The translations under genes were made by a program, and so were the position numbers. This document shows, piece by piece, positions 62,305 through 64,000 of a DNA stretch of 64,000 nucleotides. The stretch is from Somniosus microcephalus (lineage: Eukaryota): contig CM126220.1 of NCBI GenBank assembly GCA_052327205.1, positions 50,716,001 through 50,780,000 of the forward strand, given 5' to 3'. Numbering within the stretch: the first letter of the stretch is position 1; each line of letters begins with the position of its first letter. The notes below the pieces were generated by a model. That model had not been told where the DNA came from and ran no database searches. It saw only the letters and a program-made list of their open reading frames with translations.

Positions 62305-62490
62305 CTATTATGGTCTGCTCAGGTGAGGTGGGCGGTGTGAGTGGCAATCCACAGCTTATGGTGTCTTTCACACTTCCTGGTCCTTGTGTCGGATTGGTAT
62401 GGCCTGCTGCATTAGCAGCATTTGAAATTACAGGGATATCCCCCTGAGGAATCAACACGAAAGCTGACGGGTATACCATTCTTACTCCAC
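62305..62490 (-). CDS. MED13L: MED13L exon 7 (186 nt), [15 protein letters not shown]...[15 protein letters not shown]
   Basis: ttctgtag|GTG ... ATAG|gtatgt; contains the TPPTSP phosphodegron. Confidence 0.95.
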
Positions 62491-64000
62491 CTACAGAAAT
62501 GTAAAGAAATTATTTCAAAATGCATGGACGCATTGAAACAAATTGCTAGGTGGTCAAGTCCAAATTCATCTCAACATAAACAATTGAATATATTAAGTTT
62601 ATTTCAAAAAAAGGTTTTTCCCCTTTCTTTCGTAAGGCAAGATATTTTCAGTTCCTAAAAGAAGTCAGTCATACCATTTCAAACAATAGATTATATACAA
62701 TTACCTGATTCTTTCAAGTTAAGACAATTAACCAAATACAGTATATGCAATTCCAATTCCATAAAAATTTGATGTGTGTGTTTTAGGCTACATTTCTATT
62801 AGTAAGGTATGAAATATTTCGAGATCTGTGTTGCACTGTACATTATAAAGTGCCATTTATAATTTCTTCACAAATGAGGCAAAATGCACTGTATTACAGG
62901 CTTCATAGCCATCACGAATGTGTTTTCAAGCACATCCTCCATACATCATGTTTAAAACCAGTAGAAGCTACTAACACAAGCAGGAGCTGCTCTGCTCCTA
63001 CAAAAGAAAATAAAGCAGAGACTGTCCCTGATCAAATCGAGTAATCATTGTAACTTCATAATCTGATCAAATGCAGAATACTCAGAAAAATATTCTCATC
63101 TGTGAATTTAGCCACAACTTACTATCGAACCTATTTACAGTTTCCTAACATTCACAAGCAGACGTAAGACTTGTGTAACCATCACAAAACAAGATCGTTT
63201 TTGTTCACATTCAGTTATCTATTTTTATCTTAAAGTCTAAAATACTGGACAATCGGAACAAATCCTACATTGTATATTTGTAATCTTGTTTTAAGACAAA
63301 ACATTCTCGACCGTGAATGGAAAATGTGAACCAATTTACTGAAGCTAAGGGAGCTTTGACAACTAAATTAAGAATATTACTTGGGCTGATTAACAGGCCC
63401 CATTGGTCTTAAAAGCAAGACCCATCTTTGAGAAGATATTTTTGTTGTTCCATTAGGGAGAACACTTATATTGTTGAAATTACTTCACACTGTCTCATGG
63501 TATTGCTCAAACAATTAAAAAAATACTAGAATTGAGCAGCTTACGGTACTGACGATGCTCATAAATTCAGTCCCAGTTTGTCCAGGTGCCCAGGGCTCCA
63601 ACTGAGTTAAAATTTCAGTTACAACTTGGTTTTATTTTAAATGTTTAGTTTAATTACTTCAAATTTATTTTGTTAAACTTTCAAATGGTAAGTTATTTCA
63701 ATGTACTTAAAATGTTACATTTTTGTATGGAAACTGTAAACAATGAGGGTATCTGTGATCAATGCTAAAGAGATCTCTGTCATGTGATCCCAATGGACTA
63801 AGCTTGCAATAAAGGGATACTCAGAACATGGACCAGCTTACTACAAAGGGCACACAAACATGATTTTTTATTAAATAAAAATTAGGCTGATCTACCTAAA
63901 AATTGTTAACGGTCAACGATGCCTGTAATTCAAATTAGCGCTCACCTCACAATCAAGCGACGACGGCAACGTTAGCACAATCCCGTGACTATACACACGG

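Larger units (their letters stand above)
1278..62490 (-). other. MED13L: MED13L gene body (partial; exons about 7-25; gene continues beyond both window ends)
   Basis: 19 exons splice in frame with GT-AG sites. Peptides [48 protein letters not shown] and [13 protein letters not shown] match MED13L rather than MED13 as I recall them. Confidence 0.95.

Overview
Vertebrate nuclear DNA, most likely a shark or ray, judged from the HE1-type V-SINE, the Deu-domain SINE, and CR1/L2/RTE LINEs. The whole window lies inside one minus-strand gene, MED13L (Mediator CDK8 kinase-module subunit). I traced 19 consecutive coding exons, equivalent to human exons 7-25 (numbering recalled from memory). All have GT-AG boundaries and compatible phases, giving 4944 nt or 1648 codons. 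The introns are dominated by transposable elements: a near full-length CR1 with an SGNH-esterase ORF1, nested CR1/L2 insertions, RTE fossils, SINEs, Harbinger-type elements, Penelope-like tails and six copies of a TA-flanked Tigger/pogo-like MITE. There are no prokaryotic features. The best leads are: (1) a tandem pair of RFX X-box palindromes at about 50-bp spacing kept across two MITE subfamilies; (2) a candidate unannotated stop-containing or alternative first exon in intron 9; (3) a hAT-transposase-like fossil in intron 13 whose ends coincide with antisense splice signals; (4) a minimal hammerhead ribozyme motif; and (5) long inverted repeats that bracket exons. All are hypotheses from sequence alone.
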